Positions 9,422 through 18,147 of a stretch of DNA of 64,000 bases are shown one piece after another (position 1 is the first letter of the stretch; every line of letters starts with the position of its first letter). The translations under genes and the position numbers were made by a program. Origin of the DNA: Vitreimonas sp. (GTDB lineage Bacteria > Patescibacteriota > Microgenomatia > UBA1400 > PJMF01); the NCBI GenBank assembly GCA_035627515.1, contig DASPLQ010000012.1:1276309-1340308 (forward strand), read 5' to 3'. The notes under the pieces were generated by a model. That model made no database searches and had not been told where the DNA came from. It saw only the letters and a list, made by a program, of their open reading frames with translations.

Positions 9422-10330
9422 TTAAGCTTCCAGTAATTGTAAATATTGTTTAATCCCACACATAAATTCTGGTTGACTGCAGCCTAAACAATTTTTAAAG
9501 GTATTAGTTAGGGACCAGGTTTTGACCCGAGCAGTAAGTTTATCGACCAACAACTGCGGATTTTCTTCAATACTGCCCAGTGAGGTGACGCCTTCACAAC
9601 ACCCAAAAACTTTGCCGTCAGACATGACTGCAATTTGATAGCACCCTAACTCTTTGGGAGGAAAAACATTGCGCGTTTTAATCACGTCTACCATTTCATC
9701 AGGGGTTAAAAAATCAAACCCATTTGTTTCACCCACGATATTAGAGACAGGGTGGTGCATTAGATAAGCCGGTGGTTTACGCGGATGGTAGGTGATGGTG
9801 GGTAAAAATCCTAGCTCTTTTTTTAAACTGGCTTCAAAAGCGTCAATGTTGGCTAAACTTTGTTTGGTCAAAATTGAAAAAACTTCTAAGTGAAAACCCA
9901 GCCGGTGGGCTTTTTTCATAAACTCAAGACTTTTGCGGAAATTACCTTCTCCCCGATTCGCATCGTGATAACTCTCTACGCCATCCAAAGAAACAATCAG
10001 GTTAATAAAGTTAGGCTGCCGAAGCTTATCCAGCTGATCAAGAGTCCCATTAGTGATAACTTGGACAAAGATACTTTGATCAACTAAAGTGTTCACAAGC
10101 TCAGGAAAACTGACTAAAGCAAAAACTTCTCCCCCACAAAAAGTGATAGTTTCTACCTTTTCCACTGCTTGATAACGATTCACGAAGTCAAGAATGGTTG
10201 CATTTGGTAAAATAGGGCTAGTTTTACGTGTATAACAGATTTTGCACTTCAGATTACATTTTTCCAGAGGATTAATGTATAAATGATGGAGAACATTTTG
10301 TAGATGGTCAGTAACTCGTTGGTTTAACAT
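9422..10330 (-). CDS. radical SAM protein with C-terminal SPASM/twitch-like cysteines
   Basis: CNLKCKIC (CxxxCxxC), GGEV, TNG, VSLDG; C-terminal CYQIAVMSDGKVFGCC...CLGC..FMC. Confidence 0.88.
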   Translation of the reverse strand: MLNQRVTDHLQNVLHHLYINPLEKCNLKCKICYTRKTSPILPNATILDFVNRYQAVEKVETITFCGGEVFALVSFPELVNTLVDQSIFVQVITNGTLDQLDKLRQPNFINLIVSLDGVESYHDANRGEGNFRKSLEFMKKAHRLGFHLEVFSILTKQSLANIDAFEASLKKELGFLPTITYHPRKPPAYLMHHPVSNIVGETNGFDFLTPDEMVDVIKTRNVFPPKELGCYQIAVMSDGKVFGCCEGVTSLGSIEENPQLLVDKLTARVKTWSLTNTFKNCLGCSQPEFMCGIKQYLQLLEA

Positions 10331-10341
10331 ACCGAAGAGTT

Positions 10342-10371
10342 ATCCTATCTCATCTTGAGATTTATCTCAAG
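10342..10371 (-). promoter_or_regulatory. sigma70-type promoter with overlapping palindrome for the radical SAM-epmA unit
   Basis: Minus strand TTGAGA-N17-TAGGAT; palindrome CTTGAGAT-tt-ATCTCAAG at 10354-10371. Confidence 0.55.
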
Positions 10372-10385
10372 TCGACAGGCTTATT

Positions 10386-11120
10386 ATGAATAACCAACCC
10401 AAACTTCATGCCTATTTAGCTCATCTTGGACTGGCTTCACGCCGCAAAGCTGAGGAAATGATTGCCCAGGGACGAGTGTGGGTAAACAACCAGCGCGCCA
10501 CGGTGGGGGATCGCGTCACTCCCGGCCAAGACAAAATTGAAGTCGATGGCAAAAACGTCTCTCAACGCCAAACTGAACCGTTGACATACTACCTCGTCAA
10601 CAAACCGATTGGCTATATTTCTACTGCCGATGATGAGCTGGGGCGTAAAACGGTCTTATCTCTTATTCCAGCGAGCAAGGAACGCTTGTACCCCGTGGGC
10701 CGGCTCGATAAAGACAGTGAAGGCCTGATGTTACTCACCAATGATGGTGACTTAGCTTACCGGATGACCCACCCCCGCTTTGAGATTGATAAACTCTATA
10801 AAGTCTTAATTAATGCTGAACCCACCGAAAAAGCCTTGGATTTTATCCGTCGCGGCGTCAAACTCGGTAGTACCTTTACTAAGCCCGCTGAAGTGGAGCT
10901 AGTGAACGTGGTTGATGAAGGCGCCTGGCTGGAAATCAAAATTCATGAAGGTAAACAACACCAGGTCCGCCGCATGCTGGAACGCGCTGGGTATGACACT
11001 GTGCGCTTAATCCGTCTGCAAATGGGCCCGCTGACTCTCAAAGACCTGCATGGCAAACGGTTTCAAAAACTAACCGATGAGCAAGTGATGAGGTTAAAGA
11101 AGGCAATTGGGTTAAACTAA
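10386..11120 (+). CDS. rRNA pseudouridine synthase (RluB/RsuA family) with S4 domain
   Basis: ASRRKAEEMI..GRV.VN, NKPIG, YPVGRLDKDSEGL, EGKQHQVRRM. Confidence 0.92.
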   Translation: MNNQPKLHAYLAHLGLASRRKAEEMIAQGRVWVNNQRATVGDRVTPGQDKIEVDGKNVSQRQTEPLTYYLVNKPIGYISTADDELGRKTVLSLIPASKERLYPVGRLDKDSEGLMLLTNDGDLAYRMTHPRFEIDKLYKVLINAEPTEKALDFIRRGVKLGSTFTKPAEVELVNVVDEGAWLEIKIHEGKQHQVRRMLERAGYDTVRLIRLQMGPLTLKDLHGKRFQKLTDEQVMRLKKAIGLN

Positions 11121-11124
11121 TACT

Positions 11125-12189
11125 CTAATGAGAGTGATCATGCTGATGTCCGCTTCGAGCACCCATCAACTTTTTTAACTCTAACTTCTCAGCTGCATAA
11201 GCCGCCAAACCGGTCGCAATTGGCACCGCTAACACTAACCCAATTGAGCCTACCAATGTTCTGACTACTTCTTCAGCAATAATTTCATTATTTAAAGTAA
11301 CCCAAAAAGGGATATCTTTATTAATAGTGAAGAGAATGAATAATGGTAAGTTGGCTCCTGCATAAGCCAAGACTAAAGTATTAACTAGTGAGGCCACATG
11401 ATCTTTGCCAACCGATAAACCCCGCGCATACAGCTCTTCAAATCTCAGCTTACTATTCACGGCTTTAAGTTGAAAAACAGTGGAAATTTGAGCAATACAA
11501 ATATCATCTAAAATACCCAGAGTCCCTAGTAAAATTCCTCCCAGCAATAAACCTTGTAAATTAATCTTGGCTGTATCGCCAAATTGCAAAAAGTAGGCTT
11601 CTTCGCTACCCAGACCGGCAAATTGACCAAACCTAACTGCCACTGCCGACAAAATCGCCACCGAGAGTAAGGTGCTCAGCATTGAAACCAGCGCCAAGTG
11701 CGAGTGCCAATTAAAACCATGAGATAAATAAATGGTAATCGTGGCAATCGCCCCTGCTCCTATTACACTAACTAGAGTTGGATTCACGCCACTTAAAATC
11801 TGTGGCACAATAAATAATGACAAAATGGCTAAACTAATGGCCATACCAATGATCGATAATAAACCCTGCCAACGGGCTACTACGATCACTAACAAGAAAA
11901 AACCCATCCCTAACCAAGCTAAGATGGGTAGGCGAAAGACGTCAGCCACCACGTACTCAGTCTGCCCCTCATCCACACTTTGCTGGGTGACAATAATCTG
12001 CGCACCAGGGGCCAATAATTGCGAAGCATTTAAAGGTTGAAACTCAGATCCAACCGCAATACGCACGCTGGTATCTTTGCCCTCTAATTTAACTTCAATA
12101 ACTTGGGTATAAAAAACCTGGTCGTCACTTGGTAAAGCATTTTGCTCAACAATATTTGTTACGGTGCCACGATGGTAGGGAAGTGCCAT
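11125..12189 (-). CDS. YibE/F family membrane protein
   Basis: LGILDD, VGKDHVASLVNTLVLAYAG, EEVVRTLVGSIGLVLAVP; His-rich tail. Confidence 0.9.
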   Translation of the reverse strand: MALPYHRGTVTNIVEQNALPSDDQVFYTQVIEVKLEGKDTSVRIAVGSEFQPLNASQLLAPGAQIIVTQQSVDEGQTEYVVADVFRLPILAWLGMGFFLLVIVVARWQGLLSIIGMAISLAILSLFIVPQILSGVNPTLVSVIGAGAIATITIYLSHGFNWHSHLALVSMLSTLLSVAILSAVAVRFGQFAGLGSEEAYFLQFGDTAKINLQGLLLGGILLGTLGILDDICIAQISTVFQLKAVNSKLRFEELYARGLSVGKDHVASLVNTLVLAYAGANLPLFILFTINKDIPFWVTLNNEIIAEEVVRTLVGSIGLVLAVPIATGLAAYAAEKLELKKLMGARSGHQHDHSH

Positions 12190-12275
12190 AGCTTTATTGT
12201 CTCACGCTGACCAAGCTTCACCAAGTCAGGATCTTTTAATTTTTTTTTAATTTATCCGGATTATAGTGCGTATTT

Positions 12276-12701
12276 ATGACACCTCCTCTAGAAAAACCAC
12301 CTCAAATTTTATTGATCGAAACTAATTTACTGAATGCTGAGTTAATTCAGGTAACTCTCCAGCGCAAGTTTGAGCAGTTAGAACTCATCATTGTCAGTAC
12401 GTTTAATGAAGCCCAGCCGTATTTAAACCCCCAGCTCGATATCATTCTCTGTGAGTGGCAAAGCTCTCTAGAAATGATTGGGATTTTAATTTTGAACGAA
12501 CTCCAACAACAACAGCTAGACATTCCCGTCATTGTCCTCACGGCCTATCACGTGCCAGAAATTCAAGCTGAGTTAAAAACAATTAATAATGACCGCTCAC
12601 AGCCCTTGATCCTCGCCGGTTTATTTACCAAAGCTGAGTTAAGCGAAGCCACTCAATTGATTAAAAATTTACTTACTCCACCTGCTAACTCCCAAACGTA
12701 A
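12276..12701 (+). CDS. stand-alone response-regulator receiver-like protein (degenerate)
   Basis: ILLIE, DIILCE, IPVIVLTA, FTK receiver pattern; phosphoacceptor Asp appears replaced by Glu. Confidence 0.7.
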   Translation: MTPPLEKPPQILLIETNLLNAELIQVTLQRKFEQLELIIVSTFNEAQPYLNPQLDIILCEWQSSLEMIGILILNELQQQQLDIPVIVLTAYHVPEIQAELKTINNDRSQPLILAGLFTKAELSEATQLIKNLLTPPANSQT

Positions 12702-14421
12702 ATGCAAAGGCTTTAATACCAGGACTGAGTACTAACTCGAGGGTAGCATTTTCCAGTAATTCAGGTGATTTAACTAGTTTATATAAGCGGTGCTCAGCTA
12801 CGCTACCTTTTCCATCGGGGCTCACGTCTTCACCCAAAAATTGTAACTGTCCGTTCACCTTCACTAAGAACTCAGTTGGATGATCTGCCCCCATCACTAA
12901 ATAGACTTCTTTACCGGTAAACTGTAGACGCAAGGTAGCAGGAGCTTGGACCGGCTCGGTGTATTCGCGCGTGATGCGCCATTGACCATCAAGGGTCCAG
13001 TAATGCGTATCCAGCGGCACAGCCTGATATCCTTTGACCCCATCTTTTTTTAAATCAAAACTATTCGCAAAAAATTGGTGGCGGACATAGCCTAGATAAG
13101 TCTCTGGTGTTTGATATCTGTGAAATGAAGGCTCGGCACTTTCAGTAAGCGAATTGGAAACTGAGCTTGAACCTGCTTCTTTTAATAGAAACTGAATTGC
13201 TGCCTCAGTCTCATCATAAGCTCCTTCACCGGAGTGAAAGTAACGGATGTTTCCTTGAGCATCAATTAAATACTTAGCTGGCCAAAAGCGGTTTTCATAC
13301 GCCTTCCAAATTTTAAACTCATTATCTTGAACCACGGGGTATTTGAGCTCAAAGTCCGCAATCGCCATCTCCACATTGGTAGTTTTTTTCTCAAACTCAA
13401 ATTCAGGTGTGTGCACACCGATAATCACTAAACCTTGATCGGCATACTTTTCATGCCAACCACGCAAGTAGGGCAGCGTCCGAATACAGTTGATACAAGA
13501 GTATGTCCAAAAATCAATTAAAACGACCTTACCTTTTAACTCAGCTAAACTCAATGGAGCGGAGTTTAACCATGAGCCACCTTCAGTCACATCAGGAGCT
13601 GGTTTTCCTGGCTGGCTCAAACTCTGTGGCAGACGAAAGCCAAATTGATCCCCTGTTTGGTCAGGAGCTTGAGTTCCATCTAAGCGTCGCAGTTGCTCTT
13701 CCACTTGTGGCGTAGCTTCAAAACGAGTTAAACCTACTCCATAGCCAGGAAAAGTACTCAGTACCCAGGTTTGGAACTGTCGATCCCAGTTCATAAAAAG
13801 AGCTACCGCGATCGCAATCATCACCACTCCAAAACCTTTTTGAATTCGCGCCGTATTCCTCAGCAGCCAAGGCACACGTTGTAATAAAGCTCGGCCACCA
13901 TAAGTAATTGCCAACATGGGTAAACCAGTCCCGAGCGCATAGGCTAGAGTAATGATCACTGCTAAGAATGTCACCTCACTCGTCAATGCTAAAGTAATCA
14001 CCGCTGCTAAGATTGGCCCTACACACGGGGCCCACAAAATACCTAAACTGACTCCCACAATCATCCCAGCTATGAAGCCATCTTGTGTATTCTGCCTTGG
14101 GAGCAAAGTGCTTAACCGCGAAAAAAGTTTTTCCATCACTACTTGCACCTGAGGCAATAACAATGCCACCCCAAAGACTGCAATTACCCCTACCGCCAAT
14201 AACCGCAACCAGTCAGGAGAAACACCAGTCGCTTTTACCAAACTAGACAGCGCAAGGGTAAGAAAAGTAAAACTCAGTACAAATCCCGCTACAATTCCGA
14301 GGGGTCGGCGATGCCCATCACCCACTGATCCGGAGAGAATAATTGGTAAAACAGGCAAAATACACGGCGATAAAATAGTGACCACACCAGCTAAAAAAGC
14401 AAATGTTACCAAGATAATCAT
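12685..14421 (-). CDS. dipZ: DipZ (CcdA-like membrane domain + TlpA thioredoxin + C-terminal domain)
   Basis: SPCILPVLP, WAPCVGP, DFWTYSCINC, GVHTPEF, TPETYLG, AFTFG. Confidence 0.92.
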   Translation of the reverse strand: MIILVTFAFLAGVVTILSPCILPVLPIILSGSVGDGHRRPLGIVAGFVLSFTFLTLALSSLVKATGVSPDWLRLLAVGVIAVFGVALLLPQVQVVMEKLFSRLSTLLPRQNTQDGFIAGMIVGVSLGILWAPCVGPILAAVITLALTSEVTFLAVIITLAYALGTGLPMLAITYGGRALLQRVPWLLRNTARIQKGFGVVMIAIAVALFMNWDRQFQTWVLSTFPGYGVGLTRFEATPQVEEQLRRLDGTQAPDQTGDQFGFRLPQSLSQPGKPAPDVTEGGSWLNSAPLSLAELKGKVVLIDFWTYSCINCIRTLPYLRGWHEKYADQGLVIIGVHTPEFEFEKKTTNVEMAIADFELKYPVVQDNEFKIWKAYENRFWPAKYLIDAQGNIRYFHSGEGAYDETEAAIQFLLKEAGSSSVSNSLTESAEPSFHRYQTPETYLGYVRHQFFANSFDLKKDGVKGYQAVPLDTHYWTLDGQWRITREYTEPVQAPATLRLQFTGKEVYLVMGADHPTEFLVKVNGQLQFLGEDVSPDGKGSVAEHRLYKLVKSPELLENATLELVLSPGIKAFAFTFGS

Positions 14422-14472
14422 GCATTTAGTATGGGACAGTGACAGCTAAATCACAAGCTTAAAACTAGGTGA

Positions 14473-14499
14473 TTAGCAGCTATTGACAAAGACTGCTAA
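14473..14499 (+). promoter_or_regulatory. CIRCE-like inverted repeat 1 (HrcA-type operator) enclosing TTGACA
   Basis: TTAGCAGCT-N9-GACTGCTAA; TTGACA 14483-14488; TATAAT 14508-14513. Confidence 0.75.
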
Positions 14500-14514
14500 C
14501 AATGGTGTATAATT

Positions 14515-14541
14515 CTGGCAGTCGACTAAATAAACTGCTAA
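14515..14541 (+). promoter_or_regulatory. CIRCE-like inverted repeat 2
   Basis: CTGGCAGTC-N9-AACTGCTAA immediately downstream of the -10. Confidence 0.7.
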
Positions 14542-14587
14542 TTTAAACCTGCTTTAGCCTGGAAAGGCACAGGTAGAAAGGATACAC

Positions 14588-15007
14588 ATGTCACTAGTAC
14601 GCTTAAACCCTTTGGTATCTACGCTTAACCGCTGGCCCAATATTTGGGATGATGATTTCTTTTCTGATCTCAATACTGCCAGTCATAACTTAGACGTCTA
14701 CGAGACTGATGATGAAGTGGTGGTCAAAGCCAATGTCGCCGGCGTTGCTGCGGACAAGGTAGATATCACCTTCGAAAAAGGCGTGTTATGGATCAAAGCA
14801 GAGGCCGAAGAAGAAAAAAGTGATAAACAAAAGAAACACTACAGCAAATCTTCATGGAACTATTCATACAAGATTGCTGTTCCCGGAATGCTTGATTTCA
14901 ATCACGAACCGCAAGCCACCGTCACCGATGGAGTCGTCACCATCACCTTCAAAAAAGCCGAAGCAAGCAAACCACGCAAGTTGCAGGTCAAAGCAACCGC
15001 TAAATAA
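14588..15007 (+). CDS. Hsp20/alpha-crystallin small heat shock protein
   Basis: LDVYETDDEVVVKANVAGV...A...DGVVTITFKK. Confidence 0.92.
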   Translation: MSLVRLNPLVSTLNRWPNIWDDDFFSDLNTASHNLDVYETDDEVVVKANVAGVAADKVDITFEKGVLWIKAEAEEEKSDKQKKHYSKSSWNYSYKIAVPGMLDFNHEPQATVTDGVVTITFKKAEASKPRKLQVKATAK

Positions 15008-15045
15008 AGCATCTAAAATTTGACCACAGAGCTGGACAGAAGCTA

Positions 15046-15071
15046 AAACACCTCCCGTTTGGGAGGTGTTT
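15046..15071. terminator. intrinsic terminator hairpin (probably bidirectional)
   Basis: AAACACCTCCC-gttt-GGGAGGTGTTT, an 11-bp perfect stem between convergent genes. Confidence 0.85.
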
Positions 15072-15086
15072 GTGTTACAAAAAAAT

Positions 15087-15686
15087 TTAATCGATCAAAC
15101 TCAGATAGTGCTGACGCAACCCACCAGTGTCACTTTCTGAGCCATCAATTAGCATTACTTTTAAACGAACGCTTTCACCCTTATTTTTTCTTTGTAAACC
15201 CATTAAAGCACTTAATAAAATACTAATATTTTCTAACTCAGATTGATTGCGCTTAGTATTGATGCACATTAACAAAGTTCCCACAGGAGCTTCAATAGTT
15301 GCAGGAATTACTACTCCATCTTTTAAATCTCCTGCTTTAATATGGTCGGCTAAATTCTGCAAATCGTAACCTCTTAAACATAAATTACTGGCAAAATTAA
15401 AACCCAGCTCTTCTAAAAAGTTTGAAATATGTCGAGAGCGATGAATCCCACCAAAACAAACAACAAATAAATCTTTCCACTCAGATTTAAGCAAATCAAT
15501 AACCTTGCCTTGATATGCAGCATATACGAATGCGTACCAATCTTCTGCAGTCACCCATGAGATCTCAACGCCACTTAACTCATTTGCCAATAACTCTTTA
15601 TAGAGTTTGAGTGCCTCAGAATTTTCAGGTAAAGGCTTTAAGTTTAACGGTGGTAATTTGCCTGCCGCTGACTCTGCATTAATCAT
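15087..15686 (-). CDS. hypothetical protein with CX5RS loop (rhodanese/phosphatase-like)
   Basis: FVVCFGGIHRSRHISNFLEELGF. Confidence 0.6.
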   Translation of the reverse strand: MINAESAAGKLPPLNLKPLPENSEALKLYKELLANELSGVEISWVTAEDWYAFVYAAYQGKVIDLLKSEWKDLFVVCFGGIHRSRHISNFLEELGFNFASNLCLRGYDLQNLADHIKAGDLKDGVVIPATIEAPVGTLLMCINTKRNQSELENISILLSALMGLQRKNKGESVRLKVMLIDGSESDTGGLRQHYLSLID

Positions 15687-15723
15687 AATTATTCTATTTC
15701 CTTGTGTTACTCAGAATAGCATA

Positions 15724-16371
15724 CTATTCAAAATAACGCCCCTTAAATGTATATACCACCATCCACGCCACTACAGCGGCGCTGGCAAAAATTATCCAAG
15801 AGTTAAAAGAAATGGCAGCACCTAAAAAATAAAAGACTGGTAACGTAGTCACCAAATGCGACAAAAAGTAACCGGTGATAAAGGGCATATACTTAAAACC
15901 AATTAAACTGGCTCCCCATGCCAACCCGTCTGACAACATGCCTCCCAAAGCAAATCTTAAAAAGATTGAGGCTTCGACTTGGTTGCGATCCTTTAGTTTA
16001 ATTGACCGAACTTTATCCGCCACAGCTTCACCAATTATTTTTTTGATCAGCGTATACCCGTATTTTCTACCTAAGAAAAAGACAATACTGACTCCGATGG
16101 TACCTCCCACAATGTCTAAGGCGTAGGCAGTTTTCCAACCTAAAAAAGGGAGCGCCGCCAAAGTAAATGCCGACCCCGGAAGAGGTGCATAAATAATGCT
16201 AAAAATCTTCAAGCTTAAAATGGCCAAAATATAGAGTGGCCAATAGGATTGGACTGAAGCTTGTAAACTCAAAACCCAAGGAGACTGAGCGGCTACTTGT
16301 AAGAGGAGAGCCGGGAAAATGAGAGCTGTGACTAATATGATTTTTGTTACTACATCGAGAATTTTTGTCAT
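15724..16371 (-). CDS. TVP38/TMEM64 (VTT/DedA superfamily) membrane protein
   Basis: IYAPLPGSAF, GGTIG..IVFFLGRKYG, multiple TM helices. Confidence 0.8.
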   Translation of the reverse strand: MTKILDVVTKIILVTALIFPALLLQVAAQSPWVLSLQASVQSYWPLYILAILSLKIFSIIYAPLPGSAFTLAALPFLGWKTAYALDIVGGTIGVSIVFFLGRKYGYTLIKKIIGEAVADKVRSIKLKDRNQVEASIFLRFALGGMLSDGLAWGASLIGFKYMPFITGYFLSHLVTTLPVFYFLGAAISFNSWIIFASAAVVAWMVVYTFKGRYFE

Positions 16372-16402
16372 GGCTCATAGCTCGGTAGTTTATAATAGTT
16401 GT

Positions 16403-17044
16403 ATGCAAAAAGAAGTAGTTATAAATACAGCAAAAACTAAACTTTTAGAAAAACCTTTTGATATTGCTCACGATATCTTTCATCATTATAAAGTATGGGA
16501 AAACATTTTGATAATCATGCTACAAGAAGGTCTAAACCTAGATGTGGATAAACTAGAGATAGCTTGCTGGTGGCACGATTATGAGCGTGGATCTACTGAA
16601 CATAAAATTCTTACCTCCACCATGGTCGGAGCTGGTTACCCTGAAGACTATATTGAGGCAGTTAAACAGTTGATAAATACTCATTCTTTTCATGATCAGC
16701 ACTCTGATGATGATGAAGCCAAAGTACTTTTTGACGCTGACAAGCTGGAGTATGTGAACATGGGTAGGCTAATGTGGATGGGTGAGGGAATCCTTAAAGG
16801 TGATTTAGATACCAATCAAGGCAGAAAATACGGACACGCTTTAAATGAGAGAATTTACCAAGTCGTGCAGCTTCTCCACTATCCTACTACTCGCTTAATG
16901 ATGGCCAACAATATCACTAACTTATTGGTTGCTTTACCCACATGTCAGGAAAAATATAAAGACTTCATGAGAGATGTAACGGCAGATGAACTACTCAAAG
17001 CCCACCAGTATCTTCAGTCTTATTCCGCTAACTCTAAACTATAA
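16403..17044 (+). CDS. HD domain protein
   Basis: AHDIFHH, ACWWHDY, INTHS, VLFDADKLE; start set at ATG 16403 (TATAAT 6 nt upstream). Confidence 0.8.
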   Translation: MQKEVVINTAKTKLLEKPFDIAHDIFHHYKVWENILIIMLQEGLNLDVDKLEIACWWHDYERGSTEHKILTSTMVGAGYPEDYIEAVKQLINTHSFHDQHSDDDEAKVLFDADKLEYVNMGRLMWMGEGILKGDLDTNQGRKYGHALNERIYQVVQLLHYPTTRLMMANNITNLLVALPTCQEKYKDFMRDVTADELLKAHQYLQSYSANSKL

Positions 17045-17487
17045 ATATCTAAGACAGCTGCCGGACCAAAATCACCGTAGCAACTATCTTGAATACACTG
17101 CTGTCGTCTATACGTAAATTTCCCACGGATATTTTTGACCTTTTTACCGTTGATTGGTTCTAAATCTACCTGACTTTTACCCACAGTGATGCGAAAAAAA
17201 CCTCTTTTATCCCTATCTTCATCCATGAGTACACCGGTTCCCTTATACTCCACACAAAAGCCATAATCGTTGAAACTACTCGGCACATCCATACCTTGCA
17301 GACTCGGACAAGACTGAGTAATTCGATATTCGGCTTGAGAATTATTTAACGGGAAAAAAGTGGGAGGACCTTCAGTTATATAAGCAAAAATAAACCAAGC
17401 AATAACTCCCAAGATAATAAGCGGCGGAATCGCTAATGCCAGTTGTAATTTGGTTAATCGTGACTGAAAGCGAACGCGGTGGAGCAT
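17020..17487 (-). CDS. hypothetical membrane-anchored protein
   Basis: N-terminal TM; four Cys in the predicted extracellular part; TATACT 7 nt before ATG. Confidence 0.65.
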   Translation of the reverse strand: MLHRVRFQSRLTKLQLALAIPPLIILGVIAWFIFAYITEGPPTFFPLNNSQAEYRITQSCPSLQGMDVPSSFNDYGFCVEYKGTGVLMDEDRDKRGFFRITVGKSQVDLEPINGKKVKNIRGKFTYRRQQCIQDSCYGDFGPAAVLDIYSLELAE

Positions 17488-17502
17488 TACAGGTAGTATA
17501 GC

Positions 17503-18141
17503 CTATATAACATCACCTAATATGGACCGACGTGTAATAATCCCTTGTTGAAAGGCCAAAACACCAATCACCGCATGCGAAAGGGAAACGAGTGGTAGGT
17601 TGGGAATGAAAAAGTATATCACGCTCCAAATTAATCCCATAAAAAATGTCCCTTGCATCAAATTGAGATCATCAAATACTAAGTGGGCAATCCAAAACAA
17701 GGCCGTAGAAACTCCCACCATAGAAATAAAACTTAAAGCCTGACTCTCAGCTAAAGAATAATATACAAAACTTCTAAATAAAAATTCTTGGGCAGGAGCA
17801 GAAATAATCGCGTAAAAAACGATCAGCGCTTGCCCTCCGATAAAAATATTGGCAGGTTTGCCATGATAAAAATGTTTATTTAAGTACAGTATCACCAAGC
17901 CACAGATAACTGTCATCAGCATATAGATACCTATCTCTGTGAGAGAAGGCATCATCATGCCTAGTTCACGCCAGGTTGGTTGTGAATACCAAGTCAAAGC
18001 CGCTGATAAAATCACCAAAAATATGAGACAAGTGTAGCTAAACTTAAGAGGAAGAAATTTAAACTTTATCGCCAGCAAAGTAGACACACTTACAATGGTA
18101 AAAGCCTCAAATAAAAATGTGTACAGTTCAGTGGTCATCAT
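17503..18141 (-). CDS. CPBP family intramembrane metalloprotease (Abi/CAAX)
   Basis: PAQEFLFRS, LFWIAH, LSHAVIG. Confidence 0.8.
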   Translation of the reverse strand: MMTTELYTFLFEAFTIVSVSTLLAIKFKFLPLKFSYTCLIFLVILSAALTWYSQPTWRELGMMMPSLTEIGIYMLMTVICGLVILYLNKHFYHGKPANIFIGGQALIVFYAIISAPAQEFLFRSFVYYSLAESQALSFISMVGVSTALFWIAHLVFDDLNLMQGTFFMGLIWSVIYFFIPNLPLVSLSHAVIGVLAFQQGIITRRSILGDVI

Positions 18142-18147
18142 GACAAA

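Noticed and set aside
9422-10330. Calling the radical SAM EpmB
   Set aside because: It lacks KamA-family features and has SPASM/twitch-like cysteines instead.
14547-14574. RNA thermometer in the hsp20 leader
   Set aside because: The hairpin ends before the AAAGGA SD, so it does not sequester it; no ROSE or fourU motif.
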